Assembly (NCBI GenBank): GCA_963843845.1
Contig: CAWJMB010000002.1
Span: 1,952,001-2,016,000, forward strand
DNA: 64,000 nt
Direction: 5' to 3'
From: an uncultured Gemmatimonadaceae bacterium
GTDB taxonomy: Bacteria; Gemmatimonadota; Gemmatimonadetes; Gemmatimonadales; Gemmatimonadaceae
In this document: positions 11,343 to 21,869 of the stretch, one piece after another
Position numbering within the stretch: the stretch's first letter is position 1
Layout of the letters: every line of letters begins with the position of its first letter
The notes under the pieces: generated by a model
Databases searched by the model: none
Told to the model about the DNA's origin: nothing
What the model saw: only the letters and a program-made list of their open reading frames with translations
Translations under genes and position numbers: made by a program

Positions 11343-13823
11343 ATGCGAATCCCGTCTTTCAGGATTCCGGCCGCTGCTGTGGCCGGCGTCGTAGTGTCGG
11401 CTGTCGTGGCCCGAAGTGCGTGGGCGCAGCAGCCGACGCGTCCGGCCGGAAGCGATGCGGCCGGCATCTGCGCGCGCCCTGATTCCATCACCGTCCGCGG
11501 CGTGTCGCGCGTTGCCGAATCCGCAGCGCTCGGCGACGTCGGGTTGGCGCCGGGGACGGAGCTCAGCGCGCCGCAGTTGCAAGGGGCGATCCGGCGGTTG
11601 TACGCGACCGGGCAGTACGAGGACGTGCGCGTGACGTGCGAGCCGAGTGGGACGGCGGCGCGCATCGTGTTCACGGTGCGTGAGCGTCCGCTGCTGGCGG
11701 AAGTCACCGTCACGGGGCCGAAGCTGCTCTCGTCGGGCAGCGTGCGCGACAAGATCGAGTTGCTGGTCGGGCAGCCGGTCGATCCGGCGAAGGTCGCACG
11801 CGCCGTGGAGCGTGTGGACAGCGCGTATCAGGCGAAGGGCTATTACCTCGCGCGCATCAAGCCGGAGACGACGACGGTGGCGGAAGGGCGGGTGCGCCTC
11901 CAATTCCGCATCGACGAGGGGCGCCGGCTCGCAATCTCGGGGATTCGCGTGAACGGCAACCAGCGGCTCTCGGACGAAGAAGTCGTCGGCGCGATGACGA
12001 CCAAGCCCGAGGGCTTCTGGTGGTGGCGCAAGGGCGCGTTCGACGAGGAGAAGTTCGCGGGCGACCTGAGCGAGAAGATCCCCGCCCTCTACGCGCAGCG
12101 CGGCTTCATCGATTTCCAGGTGGTGAAGGACACGCTCATCGTCGACCGCGAACGGGGAAAAGCGTTCATCGATCTGACGGTGAGCGAGGGTCCGCAGTAC
12201 CGACTCGGCACGTTCGAGATCGTCGACAACCATCGGTTCAACACCGAGGAGCTGGCGCGGTACTACCCGTTCACCGGCGAGGGGCCGACCCTCACGCAAC
12301 GCGCCCTCGGCATCGTTCGCGGGAGCAAGACCGAGAAGGGTGTGTTCGACCAGTCGCAGTGGCAGAGCGCGACCGAGAAGGTGCAGGGGGTGTACGGCAA
12401 CCAGGGGTACATCTACGCCCGCGTCGAACCGGTCGTGCAGCGTGCGGTCAACAGCGATTCGCAGCCGGTCGTGAACCTGCGCTGGCAGATCGACGAGCGC
12501 ACGCCGGCCATCATCCGCCGCATCGACATCGCGGGAAACGACTACACGTCGGAGGAGTGCATCCGGCGGCAGATCGTCATCGCGCCCGGGGGGGTGTACA
12601 ACCGCGACGGCCTGCTGCGGAGTTGGCAGAGCATCGGGAACCTCGGATTCTTCGAGTCGCCGCTCCCGTTTCCGGAGCAGCAGACAGCGAATGACAACGG
12701 CGATCTCGACATCACGTTCCGCGTGAAGGAGAAGCGGACGGGCTCTGTGAATTTCGGCGCGTCCATGGGCGGGACGGGCGTCGGTGTCGGCGGCTTCATC
12801 GGGCTCGACCAGCCGAACCTGTTCGGACTCTGCAAGCGCGGCTCGCTTAACTGGAACTTCGGGCGGTTCGTCAACGACTTCAACCTGACGTACTCGGACC
12901 CGGCGGTGCGCAAGTCGCGTGTTTCGGGCTCGGTGTCGGCGTACCGCAGCCAGAGTCGGTACAACATTTCTGGCTTCGGCCAGAACACGCGCACGGGCAT
13001 CAACACGCGCGTCGGTCTGCCGGTGCCTGGGTTCTATTACTCGACGTTGGGCGTCAGCTACGGCGTCGAGGCGACGACCTTCCGCGACGTGCAGAGCGGC
13101 GTGTTCATCGGCCAGTGTACGGCGAACTGTCTACGATCGAGCCTCGGCGTCGACTTCACGCACGACACGCGGGTCGACATGCCGTTCGCGAGTGAAGGCG
13201 GTCTGCAGTCGATCCAGGCAGACTTCATCGGCGGGCCGTTGGGCGGCACGGTGTCGTACCAGCGGTACACCGGCGACTTCCGCGCGTACACGCCGATCTT
13301 CCAGTTCGGGGGCGGCCAACCCGGAGCGCAGGCCAAGAAGATCCTCATCGGACTCAGTGCCAAGGGCGGCGCGGTGTTCGGCGACCCCGGCCCGTTCTTC
13401 CAGTACCAGTCGTTCGCGCTCGGCGGCGTGCAGTTCGGGCAGCAGCTGCGCGGGTATCCCGAGTTCTCGATCACGCCGCGCGGCTTCGACCCGACGTCGG
13501 ACAACTTCAACGCGGGCTCGGGACGACAGGCGTTCGGCAACGCCTACTTCACGTTCACGGCCGAGGTCGGGCTGCGGCTCAACTCGCAGCTCTACATCGA
13601 CGCGTTCTACGACGCCGGCAACAATTTCGACCGGCCTCGCGAGTTCAACCCGACGCGTCTCTTTCGCGGCGCGGGGATCGGCGGCAACATCGTGACCCCG
13701 CTCGGACCGCTCGGCCTCGACTGGGCGTACGGCTTCGACCGCACGTCGTTCGATCCAATCACGGGTAAACTTCGCCCGGATCCGAAGTGGCAGCTCCACT
13801 TCAGACTTGGTCAGTTGTTCTGA
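11343..13823 (+). CDS. bamA: Outer membrane protein assembly factor BamA
   Basis: Signal peptide, POTRA repeats, VKEKRTGSVNFG, LRGY loop-6 motif, TPLGPLGLDWAYG, C-terminal FRLGQLF. Confidence 0.95.
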   Translation: MRIPSFRIPAAAVAGVVVSAVVARSAWAQQPTRPAGSDAAGICARPDSITVRGVSRVAESAALGDVGLAPGTELSAPQLQGAIRRLYATGQYEDVRVTCEPSGTAARIVFTVRERPLLAEVTVTGPKLLSSGSVRDKIELLVGQPVDPAKVARAVERVDSAYQAKGYYLARIKPETTTVAEGRVRLQFRIDEGRRLAISGIRVNGNQRLSDEEVVGAMTTKPEGFWWWRKGAFDEEKFAGDLSEKIPALYAQRGFIDFQVVKDTLIVDRERGKAFIDLTVSEGPQYRLGTFEIVDNHRFNTEELARYYPFTGEGPTLTQRALGIVRGSKTEKGVFDQSQWQSATEKVQGVYGNQGYIYARVEPVVQRAVNSDSQPVVNLRWQIDERTPAIIRRIDIAGNDYTSEECIRRQIVIAPGGVYNRDGLLRSWQSIGNLGFFESPLPFPEQQTANDNGDLDITFRVKEKRTGSVNFGASMGGTGVGVGGFIGLDQPNLFGLCKRGSLNWNFGRFVNDFNLTYSDPAVRKSRVSGSVSAYRSQSRYNISGFGQNTRTGINTRVGLPVPGFYYSTLGVSYGVEATTFRDVQSGVFIGQCTANCLRSSLGVDFTHDTRVDMPFASEGGLQSIQADFIGGPLGGTVSYQRYTGDFRAYTPIFQFGGGQPGAQAKKILIGLSAKGGAVFGDPGPFFQYQSFALGGVQFGQQLRGYPEFSITPRGFDPTSDNFNAGSGRQAFGNAYFTFTAEVGLRLNSQLYIDAFYDAGNNFDRPREFNPTRLFRGAGIGGNIVTPLGPLGLDWAYGFDRTSFDPITGKLRPDPKWQLHFRLGQLF

Positions 13824-13875
13824 CGGGGTCGCTGACCGCTCCCACCTCTTCCCGTCCCGCAGGAGTTCTTTCGCA

Positions 13876-14517
13876 ATGCGTTTTCCCATTCGTGCGGCGC
13901 ACGCCGCGCTCGCGGCCGCGCTGGTCGTCGCGGCCCCGATCGCCGCGCGTGCGCAGGCGCCGAAGCTCGCATACGTTGACGTTTCGATACTGATGGAGCA
14001 GGTCCCCGGCCGCGCGGACGCGATGAAGCAGTTCGAGACGGAGGCGACCGCCATCCGCGCCGAGGAGCAGCGCATGAGCGACTCGCTCGAGGCGATGGTC
14101 GGCGCGTACCAGAAGGCGCAGGCGACGATGACGGCGGCGACGAAGGCCTCGCGGGAGAAGGAGCTCCAAGCCAGGCAGCAGGAGTATCAGCAGCGTGCGG
14201 CGGCGCTCGAACAGCGCGGCCAGGCGCGTCAGCAGGAGCTGTCGGGGCAGTTCGAGACGCTCGTGCGCGACGCGATCAACGACGTACGCACGGCCGACGG
14301 CTACGCCATGGTCTTCGCCGGCGGGCCGAGCTCGGCGATGCTCGCGGCGGACAAGTCGCTCGACATCACCGACAAGGTGCTCGCACGGATGCGGACGATC
14401 GCGGCGACGCGACCCGCCGCGTCGCCGACCCGGCCAGGCACGGTCGCGCCGTCGACGGGCGCCCCAGTGGCCGCTCCCTCTGGCGTGACGCGTCCGAAGG
14501 TGCCGAGCAATCCGTAG
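13876..14517 (+). CDS. skp: Periplasmic chaperone Skp/OmpH
   Basis: Signal peptide, KLAYVDV, coiled coil, DITDKVL; position between bamA and lpxD; AGGAG upstream. Confidence 0.85.
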   Translation: MRFPIRAAHAALAAALVVAAPIAARAQAPKLAYVDVSILMEQVPGRADAMKQFETEATAIRAEEQRMSDSLEAMVGAYQKAQATMTAATKASREKELQARQQEYQQRAAALEQRGQARQQELSGQFETLVRDAINDVRTADGYAMVFAGGPSSAMLAADKSLDITDKVLARMRTIAATRPAASPTRPGTVAPSTGAPVAAPSGVTRPKVPSNP

Positions 14518-14543
14518 GACGCGTGTCGGTCGGCGCGAGCGCG

Positions 14544-15629
14544 ATGGCTGACGGCGCGCAGGCGAGTCGTGACGGCGGTGGGGGCTCGGCGGCCCTCACC
14601 GCCGCCGACGTTGCGAGCCTCGTGCGAGGCGAGATCGCGCGAGGTGATCCGGCGCGCGTCGCCGCACGGGTGGCCCCTCTCGATCGCGCGGCGTCGGACG
14701 AGGTCTCGTTCTACGCGAACGCGAAGTACGCCGAGGCGTTCGCAGCGACCCGCGCCGGGATCGTGCTCGTCGCGCCAGCGCTCGCGGACGCCGACGGTGC
14801 GAACGGCGCGACGCGCGTCGTCGTCGACAAGCCGCACGAAGCGCTGCTCGCGCTGCTCCCGGCGCTGTACCGTCCGCCCACCCACGTGCCCGGTGTACAC
14901 CCCACCGCGCACCTCGGCCGCGGCGTGCGACTCGGTGACGACGTCATGATCGGAGCGGGTGTGGTCATCGGCGACGGCGCGACGGTTGGCAGTCGGGTAC
15001 GGCTCGACGCGAATGTGGTCCTCGGCGAGGACGTCGTGATCGGGGACGACACGCGGGTGTTCGCGAACGCGACCCTCTACGCTGGCGTCCGGGTGGGCGC
15101 GCGGGTCGCCATCCACAGCGGCGCGCGGCTCGGCAGCGATGGATTCGGCTACGTGTTCGGCGAGGGGCGGCACCGCAAGATTCCGCACGTCGGCCGGTGC
15201 GTCGTCGAAGACGACGTCGAGATCGGCGCCAACACGACGATCGATCGCGGGAGCATCGATGATACGGTCATCGGTGCGGGGACGAAGATCGACAACCTCG
15301 TACACGTCGGACACAACGTTCGCATCGGCCGACTCTGCCTCGTCATGGCGCAGGTCGGCATCTCGGGCTCCGCCGTCGTCGAGGACGGCGCGATCCTGGC
15401 CGGCCAGGTGGGCGTCGGCGGGCACCTCACGATCGGGCGCGGAGCGCGGATCGGCGGGCAGGCGGGCGTGTTCGGAGACGTGCCAGCCGGGGCGACGTAC
15501 AGCGGGTACCCGGCGCGGCCGCACAAGGAGTCGTTGCGGGCGATCGCGGCGTCGCAGCGCATCGCGGGAATGATGTCGCGCCTGGAGCGCCTGCTGGCGC
15601 GGAGCGAGCGCGAGGACGCGACGTCGTGA
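14544..15629 (+). CDS. lpxD: UDP-3-O-acyl-glucosamine N-acyltransferase
   Basis: Hexapeptide repeats, GSDGFGY, EIGANTTIDRG, TKIDNLVHVGHNV. Confidence 0.95.
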   Translation: MADGAQASRDGGGGSAALTAADVASLVRGEIARGDPARVAARVAPLDRAASDEVSFYANAKYAEAFAATRAGIVLVAPALADADGANGATRVVVDKPHEALLALLPALYRPPTHVPGVHPTAHLGRGVRLGDDVMIGAGVVIGDGATVGSRVRLDANVVLGEDVVIGDDTRVFANATLYAGVRVGARVAIHSGARLGSDGFGYVFGEGRHRKIPHVGRCVVEDDVEIGANTTIDRGSIDDTVIGAGTKIDNLVHVGHNVRIGRLCLVMAQVGISGSAVVEDGAILAGQVGVGGHLTIGRGARIGGQAGVFGDVPAGATYSGYPARPHKESLRAIAASQRIAGMMSRLERLLARSEREDATS

Positions 15630-17011
15630 GTTCGCCGAGGCGGCAGACGATCCTCCAGTCGGCGACGCTCTCCGGCGTGGGGCTGCACCTCGGCGAGGCG
15701 TGCGAGCTGACGTTCCGACCGGCCGAGCCAGGCCGGGGGATCGTCTTCCGGCGGACCGACCGCGACGGAGCGCCGGAAGTGCCAGCGAGTATCGACGTCG
15801 CGGTCGAGGCGGAGCGGCGCACGCAGCTGGGCGTCGGCGACGAGGCGCTGCACACCGTGGAGCACGTGCTCGCCGCCGTCGCCGGGCTCGGCGTCGATGA
15901 CGTCGTCATCGAGATGAACGCGGCCGAGCCGCCCATCCTGGACGGAAGCGCCGCACCATTCGTGGCCGCGCTGCGCGGCGCGGGCCTCGTCGAGCACGGC
16001 GCCGCCGCCGACCTCCTGGAATTGAGCGAACCGGTGCGTGTCATCGACGGCGAGAGCGTGTACGAGGCGTTTCCATCCGACCGGCTCGAACTCGAGGTCG
16101 CGATCGAGTTTCCGCACCCGTTGATCGGGCGGCAGCGCGCGCGCTACGTTGTCACGCCGACGACGTTCGAGCGCGAACTCGCGCGCGCGCGGACGTTCGG
16201 ATTCATGCGCGAGGTCGACACGCTGCGAGAGAAGGGCCTCATTCGCGGCGCGTCGCTCGACAACACCGTGGTGCTCGACGAGCGGTCGGTGCTCTCCGAC
16301 CCGCTACGCTGGCCCGACGAGTTCGTGCGGCACAAAGCGCTCGACTGCGTGGGCGATCTGGCGCTCGCCGGCCGGCGGGTGCGTGCGCGCATCGTCGCCT
16401 ACAAACCCAGTCACCGCGGCACCGTGACCCTCGTGCGCGAGCTCGTGCGCCGCGCGGTGCCGAACACCTTCGCTTCTCCGACTTCTCCAGCGCCGATTCG
16501 CATGTCCACCGTCGAGAGCCGTCCTGAATCGAGCACGACGACCGCGCCGACCCCTGCGGCCGCGCCGGGCGTCCGCACGATGCTCGGGATCGAGGAGATC
16601 ATGAAGGTGCTGCCGCACCGCTACCCGTTCCTGCTCGTCGACCGGATCGTCGAGCTCGATCCGCGGGCGCGCGTCGTCGGCATCAAGAACGTGACGATCA
16701 ACGAGCCGTTCTTCCAGGGGCATTTCCCGGGGCACCCGATCATGCCGGGTGTCCTCATCGTCGAGGCGATGGCGCAGACCGGGGGGATGCTGCTGCTCGG
16801 CTCGTTCCCCGATCCTGCGGCGAAGGTCGTGTATTTCATGTCGCTCGACAACGTGAAGTTCCGCAAGCCGGTGAAGCCGGGCGACCAACTGCGTTTCGAA
16901 CTCGACCTCACCCAGATCCGCGGCGCCGTCTGTCGCATGCACGGCGTCGCGAAAGTTGACGGCGAGATCGTGTGCGAGGCGGACATGGCGGCCATGGTCC
17001 GCGACCGATGA
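15626..17011 (+). CDS. lpxC-fabZ: Bifunctional LpxC deacetylase / FabZ dehydratase
   Basis: [35 protein letters not shown] (LpxC) in frame with [34 protein letters not shown] (FabZ). Confidence 0.95.
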   Translation: MSSPRRQTILQSATLSGVGLHLGEACELTFRPAEPGRGIVFRRTDRDGAPEVPASIDVAVEAERRTQLGVGDEALHTVEHVLAAVAGLGVDDVVIEMNAAEPPILDGSAAPFVAALRGAGLVEHGAAADLLELSEPVRVIDGESVYEAFPSDRLELEVAIEFPHPLIGRQRARYVVTPTTFERELARARTFGFMREVDTLREKGLIRGASLDNTVVLDERSVLSDPLRWPDEFVRHKALDCVGDLALAGRRVRARIVAYKPSHRGTVTLVRELVRRAVPNTFASPTSPAPIRMSTVESRPESSTTTAPTPAAAPGVRTMLGIEEIMKVLPHRYPFLLVDRIVELDPRARVVGIKNVTINEPFFQGHFPGHPIMPGVLIVEAMAQTGGMLLLGSFPDPAAKVVYFMSLDNVKFRKPVKPGDQLRFELDLTQIRGAVCRMHGVAKVDGEIVCEADMAAMVRDR

Positions 17012-17823
17012 CTGCGGCGCCGGCGAGCCTCGAGGTCAGCGTGCGCATTCATCCGACGGCGATCGTCCATCCGGACACGGTGTTGGGCGACGGCGTCGTG
17101 ATCGGGGCGTACGCGATCGTCGGCGAGAATTGCACCGTCGGGGACGGGTGCGTGCTCGCGCCGCGCGCCGTGCTCGAGCGGAACGTGCGACTCGGGCGGC
17201 AGGTGAAAGTGGGGGTGGGGTCCGTGCTGGGCGGCGACCCACAGGACCTCAAGTTCCGCGGGGAAGAGACGTGGGTCGAGATCGGCGACCGCACCGTCGT
17301 CCGGGAGTACGCGACGATCAACCGGGGCACCACGCAGTCGTACAAGACGACGGTCGGAAGCGACTGCCTCGTCATGTCGTACGTGCACCTCGGCCACGAC
17401 TGCCACGTCGGCGACAGCGTGATCATCTCGAACGCGTCGCAGTTCGCTGGACACGTGATCGTCGAGGACCGTGCGATAGTGTCGGGGTTGTGCGCCTTTC
17501 ACCAGTTCGTGCGCGTCGGACGGTACGCATTCATCGGCGGCATGTCGCGCGTTGCGAAGGACGTCCCGCCATTCGTGAGGGCGAGCGGCAATCCGGTCAA
17601 GCTCTACGGGCTGAACAGCGTGGGCCTGCAGCGGGCGCAGTTCGACGCCGAGACGGTGGCGGCCGTGAAACGGGCGTACCGCGCGCTGTTTCGCTCCGAC
17701 CTCGGGTTGACGGCGGCACTCGAACAGGCGCGCGGCGACTTCAGCGACGCCGTGCCCGAGGTGCGGCAATTTCTCGACTTCGTCGAGGTGAGCGTCCGCG
17801 AGGGCCGCGGGGTCGGGTTCTGA
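17008..17823 (+). CDS. lpxA: UDP-N-acetylglucosamine acyltransferase
   Basis: [46 protein letters not shown]. Confidence 0.95.
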   Translation: MTAAPASLEVSVRIHPTAIVHPDTVLGDGVVIGAYAIVGENCTVGDGCVLAPRAVLERNVRLGRQVKVGVGSVLGGDPQDLKFRGEETWVEIGDRTVVREYATINRGTTQSYKTTVGSDCLVMSYVHLGHDCHVGDSVIISNASQFAGHVIVEDRAIVSGLCAFHQFVRVGRYAFIGGMSRVAKDVPPFVRASGNPVKLYGLNSVGLQRAQFDAETVAAVKRAYRALFRSDLGLTAALEQARGDFSDAVPEVRQFLDFVEVSVREGRGVGF

Positions 17824-18935
17824 GCGCGGACCGCTCGGGACCCGCGTCGCCGATCCGCGTCGGCGTCGTCGGCGCGGGGGGGCTGGGCATCCATCACGTG
17901 CGCATCCTCCGCGACATGCCGAACGTCTCGTTCGCGGGGTTCTACGAGCGTGACCCGGCGAGGCGTGCGTTCGTCGCCGCGGAACTCGGCGTGCGCGGAT
18001 GGGCGTCGTACGAGGCGCTCCTCGACGCAGCGGACGCGCTCACGATCGTCGTGCCCACACCGGCGCACTTCGACGTCGCGCGGATCGCGCTGGACCTCGG
18101 CAAGCACTTGCTGATCGAGAAACCGATCGCGACGACGCTCGCCGAGGCTGACGAGCTGTGCGTGCTGGCCGACCGCGCCGGCGTCGTCGTACAGACAGGT
18201 CACGTGGAGCGGTTCAACCGGGCCATACGGGCGGCGCTCCCGTTCGTCGACACGCCGCGCTTCATCGAGAGCGACCGGCTGGCGCCGTTCAGCCCGCGCG
18301 GCGCCGACGTCGCAGTCGTGCTCGATCTCATGATTCACGACATCGACCTGGTGCGCACGCTCGTCGGCGCGCACGTCGACGAGGTCCGCGCGGTCGGCGT
18401 TCCCCTGCTCACCCCGACGGTCGACATCGCGAACGCGCGGCTCGTCTTCTCCTCCGGCGCCGTGGCGAACATCACGGCGAGCCGCGTGTCGCGCGAGCGC
18501 GTGCGGAAGCTTCGCATCTTCCAGCAGAGTGGGTACCTCTCGCTCGATCTCGCGGCGGGGAACGGCGAGTTCTACCGTCTGCGACGCGACGTGGACATCG
18601 GCGCGCTCGCCGCGATGTACGCGGGTGCCGGTGCAGCGGCCGCAGGCGGGATGTCGAACGCCGCGGCGGCGGGCGCGTTCCCGCTCGATCTCGCGGCGTT
18701 CGTCGAGCGCATCCCGGTCGAAGCGCCCGAGGGCGAGCCGCTCCGTCTCGAGTTCGAGAGCTTCCTCGCAGCGATCCGTGGCGAGCAGCCGGTGGCCGTG
18801 AGCGCCGAGGACGGGCGCGACGCGCTGGACGTCGCGCTGCGGATCGTGCGCGAGATCGAACGGACGCTGCCGTCGTTGCGGGGGCACGAGACGCGCGTCT
18901 CGGCCGTGCCCGCGACGGGCCCCGCGACGTCCTGA
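17820..18935 (+). CDS. Gfo/Idh/MocA oxidoreductase, GnnA-like
   Basis: [44 protein letters not shown]; lies between lpxA and lpxB; start approximate. Confidence 0.85.
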   Translation: MSADRSGPASPIRVGVVGAGGLGIHHVRILRDMPNVSFAGFYERDPARRAFVAAELGVRGWASYEALLDAADALTIVVPTPAHFDVARIALDLGKHLLIEKPIATTLAEADELCVLADRAGVVVQTGHVERFNRAIRAALPFVDTPRFIESDRLAPFSPRGADVAVVLDLMIHDIDLVRTLVGAHVDEVRAVGVPLLTPTVDIANARLVFSSGAVANITASRVSRERVRKLRIFQQSGYLSLDLAAGNGEFYRLRRDVDIGALAAMYAGAGAAAAGGMSNAAAAGAFPLDLAAFVERIPVEAPEGEPLRLEFESFLAAIRGEQPVAVSAEDGRDALDVALRIVREIERTLPSLRGHETRVSAVPATGPATS

Positions 18936-18952
18936 GCGTCGACCGGCGCCCG

Positions 18953-20062
18953 ATGCGCGAGGTGCTGTTCGTCGCCGGCGAGGCGTCCGGCGATCTCCAC
19001 GCGGCCGGCGTCGCGCGGGAGTTGAAGCGACTGCGGCCGGACGTGCGACTCACCGGCGTCGGTGGCCGGCACCTCGCGTCCGCAGGGGTCGAGCTGCTCG
19101 AGGACGTCGAGCGGATGGCCGTGATGGGATTCGTCGAGGTGCTCAAGCACGTGCCGGCGCACTACGCGCTCCTGCGAACGCTGCGCGCTCGGCTCCGCAG
19201 CGGGCATGTCGGGCTGCTCGTGCTCGTCGACTATCCCGGCTTCAACATGCGCGTCGCCGCCGAGGCCGAGCGCGCCGGAGTGCCGGTGCTCTACTTCATC
19301 ACGCCGCAGGTCTGGGCGTGGCGCAAGACCCGGCTGCGGACGATGGCGCGCGTCATCACGCGGGCCGCGGTCATCCTGCCCTTCGAGGAGAAGCTGCTTC
19401 GCGATCACGGAATCGACGCGACCTTCGTCGGCCATCCGATGCTCGATCGCGCGCAGCACCTGCCGGAGTGCCCCGAGGCGCGTGCCGCGTTAGGCATCTC
19501 GGCGGATGGGCCAGTGCTGGCGCTCTTTCCCGGGAGTCGGCGGCAGGAGATCGAGCGTCACCTGGACGTGTTCGTGGAGACGGCCCAGCGGCTGCAGGCC
19601 GAGGTGAGAGGGCTCGAGGTGGTGGTCAGCGTCGCGCCGACGGTCAGCATCGACCCCGCGCGCTGTCCATTCCGACTCGTCGACTCCGGCTCCCTCCTGC
19701 TGCTGCGCGCGTCGACCGCCGCGCTGTGCAAGAGCGGCACGACGACGCTCGAGGCCGCGGTGGCCGGGTGCCCGCTGATCGTCGCGTATCGCACGAGTCG
19801 GTGGACGTACGAGGTCGCGCGACGCGTCGTCGAGATTCCGCGCATCGGACTCGTGAATGTGGTCGCCGGCCGCGAGGTGGCGCGCGAGTTCGTGCAGGAC
19901 GCGGCGCGGCCGGATGCCATGGCCGCCGCGCTCGCGCCGCTGCTTCGCAACGCCGGCGATCGGCAGCGCATGCGCGAGCAGCTCGCCCGCGTGCGCTCGC
20001 TGTTGGGCAGGCCCGGCGCGGCCGAGCGGGTTGCGGCGATGGCCAGTGAGATGATCGTGTGA
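18953..20062 (+). CDS. lpxB: Lipid-A-disaccharide synthase
   Basis: AGEASGDLH, VMGFVEV, DYPGFN, PQVWAWR, FVGHP, PGSRRQE, SGTTTLE. Confidence 0.95.
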   Translation: MREVLFVAGEASGDLHAAGVARELKRLRPDVRLTGVGGRHLASAGVELLEDVERMAVMGFVEVLKHVPAHYALLRTLRARLRSGHVGLLVLVDYPGFNMRVAAEAERAGVPVLYFITPQVWAWRKTRLRTMARVITRAAVILPFEEKLLRDHGIDATFVGHPMLDRAQHLPECPEARAALGISADGPVLALFPGSRRQEIERHLDVFVETAQRLQAEVRGLEVVVSVAPTVSIDPARCPFRLVDSGSLLLLRASTAALCKSGTTTLEAAVAGCPLIVAYRTSRWTYEVARRVVEIPRIGLVNVVAGREVAREFVQDAARPDAMAAALAPLLRNAGDRQRMREQLARVRSLLGRPGAAERVAAMASEMIV

Positions 20063-20754
20063 CCCCGGGCGCGGCAGGCGGCCGGACGCTCGATCGTGCG
20101 CGAGAGCGGGCGCGAGACCGCGCGGATCGCCGGCTCCGTCTCTGGGTCGCGCTCGGCGTGCCGCTCGTGCGGCTGCTCGCGAAGACGTGGCGGGTACGCG
20201 AGGTCGGGCGCGACGGGTGGAACCGGCGCCGCGCGCTTCACGAGCCGACGATCATCGCGCTGTGGCACGGGCAGTTGCTCGCCCTGACGCCGCATCACGC
20301 TGGTCAGCAGGTGTCGGTGCTCATCAGCGAGCACCGCGATGGCGAGATCGTCGCGCGCGTCGTGACGGCGTTCGGCTATCGCACGGTGCGCGGAAGCACG
20401 TCGCGCGGCGGCGGCAGGGCGTTGCTCGAGCTCGTGGCCCTGCTGCGCCGTGGGGGCGAGGTCGCCGTCACCCCGGACGGGCCGCGCGGGCCGCGCCACG
20501 CCTTCGCACCGGGCGTGCTCATCGCGGCGCAGCGCAGCGGCGTCCCGATCGTCGGCGTGGTCGCGCACGTCAGTCGCGCGTGGCGACTCGCGAGCTGGGA
20601 TCGATTCGAGATTCCGAAGCCGTTCGCGCGGATCACGATCGCGTACGGCGAGCCGATGACCGTGGATGCCGCGACGCCGCGTGAGGCATCAGCGCAGAGC
20701 CGCGCGTTCCAGGCGATGATGGCTCGGCTGGCCGAACGCGCCGCCGGTGCGTGA
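20059..20754 (+). CDS. DUF374 lysophospholipid acyltransferase family (LpxJ-like)
   Basis: ALWHGQL, LISEHRDGE, VRGSTSRGG, TPDGPRGP, SWDRFEIPKPF. Confidence 0.85.
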   Translation: MTPGAAGGRTLDRARERARDRADRRLRLWVALGVPLVRLLAKTWRVREVGRDGWNRRRALHEPTIIALWHGQLLALTPHHAGQQVSVLISEHRDGEIVARVVTAFGYRTVRGSTSRGGGRALLELVALLRRGGEVAVTPDGPRGPRHAFAPGVLIAAQRSGVPIVGVVAHVSRAWRLASWDRFEIPKPFARITIAYGEPMTVDAATPREASAQSRAFQAMMARLAERAAGA

Positions 20755-21830
20755 CGGTGCCTAACGCGGCGGAGGTCGCGGAGCGGATCTGGTTCGGACG
20801 CGGCGCGGCATCGGCGGCCATGCGCGCAGTGCTGCGTCCGGCGTCGTTCTCGTTCGGCGCCGTCGTGCGTGCGCGGAACCTGCTCTACGATCGCGGCATC
20901 GTGCGCGCCGAGTCGTTAGGCATCCCGTCGATCTCCGTCGGGAACCTGACGGTGGGCGGCACCGGGAAGACGCCCGTCTCGGCGTGGATCGCGTCGCGGC
21001 TCGCAGAGGCCGGCGCGACCCCGGCGATAGCGCTGCGCGGGTACGGCGGCGACGAGCCACTGGTGCACGCGCTGCTGAATCCGACGATCCCGGTGGTGGC
21101 GAACGCAGACCGGCGGATCGCGGCGCGCGACGCGGCGGGGCGCGGCGCAGACGTGCTCGTGCTCGACGACGCGTTCCAGCACAGGCGCGTACGGCGCGAC
21201 GTCGACCTCGTGCTCGTCAGCGCCGAGCAGTGCGAGACGCGTGAGCGGCTGCTGCCCGCGGGCCCGTATCGTGAGCGGGCCGCGGCGCTCGGCCGCGCGA
21301 CCGCGGTCGTGGTCACCCGAAAGACTGCCTCGGACGCTGCGGTGCGGCGTGCGGTCGAGTGGGTCGTCGGTCGTGGCGGCGTCGCCCGGCCGGACGTCGC
21401 GACGATCGCGCTCACGCTGGACGCGCTGACGGCGTGGACGGGCAACGACCACGAGCGTGCGAGCGCGGCGCGCGAGTCGCCGGTTCACGCGTCGGTCACA
21501 GACTTGAACGGCCGACGCGTGCTCGCGATCGCCGCGATCGGCGCGCCGCACGCGTTCTTCGCGCAGCTCGCGTCACATGGCGCGCAGGTCGACGGCGTGC
21601 ACTTCGCCGATCACCACGCGTTCTCGCCGCGCGATGTCGTCGAGCTCGCGCGTCGCGCCGACGGTGCCGACCGCGTGGTGTGCACGCTCAAGGATGCCGT
21701 GAAGCTCGGCCCACGGTGGCCTCGCCTTGCGCCGACCCTTTGGTATGTTTCTCAGCGCCTTACCGTCGAGGACGGGCATGCGTTGCTCGACACGCTCTTC
21801 GCGCGGCTGCTCGATCTGCGCGCGCGCTAG
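20751..21830 (+). CDS. lpxK: Tetraacyldisaccharide 4'-kinase
   Basis: SVGNLTVGGTGKTP, RGYGGDE, LDDAFQH, LLPAGPYRE, FADHHAF, TLKDAVKL. Confidence 0.93.
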   Translation: MTVPNAAEVAERIWFGRGAASAAMRAVLRPASFSFGAVVRARNLLYDRGIVRAESLGIPSISVGNLTVGGTGKTPVSAWIASRLAEAGATPAIALRGYGGDEPLVHALLNPTIPVVANADRRIAARDAAGRGADVLVLDDAFQHRRVRRDVDLVLVSAEQCETRERLLPAGPYRERAAALGRATAVVVTRKTASDAAVRRAVEWVVGRGGVARPDVATIALTLDALTAWTGNDHERASAARESPVHASVTDLNGRRVLAIAAIGAPHAFFAQLASHGAQVDGVHFADHHAFSPRDVVELARRADGADRVVCTLKDAVKLGPRWPRLAPTLWYVSQRLTVEDGHALLDTLFARLLDLRAR

Positions 21831-21869
21831 ACACCGACCCTCAGCCCGGCGCCAGCCGGACGTACCCCT

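Noticed and set aside
20759..20921. GCCTAAC...GTTAGGC pair resembling an integron attC site (RYYYAAC/GTTRRRY)
   Set aside because: Lies inside lpxK, spans 163 nt with no evident internal L-box hairpin, other copies are unpaired within core genes, and no integron integrase or cassette array is present. The match of the dispersed motif to the attC core is noted but unexplained.
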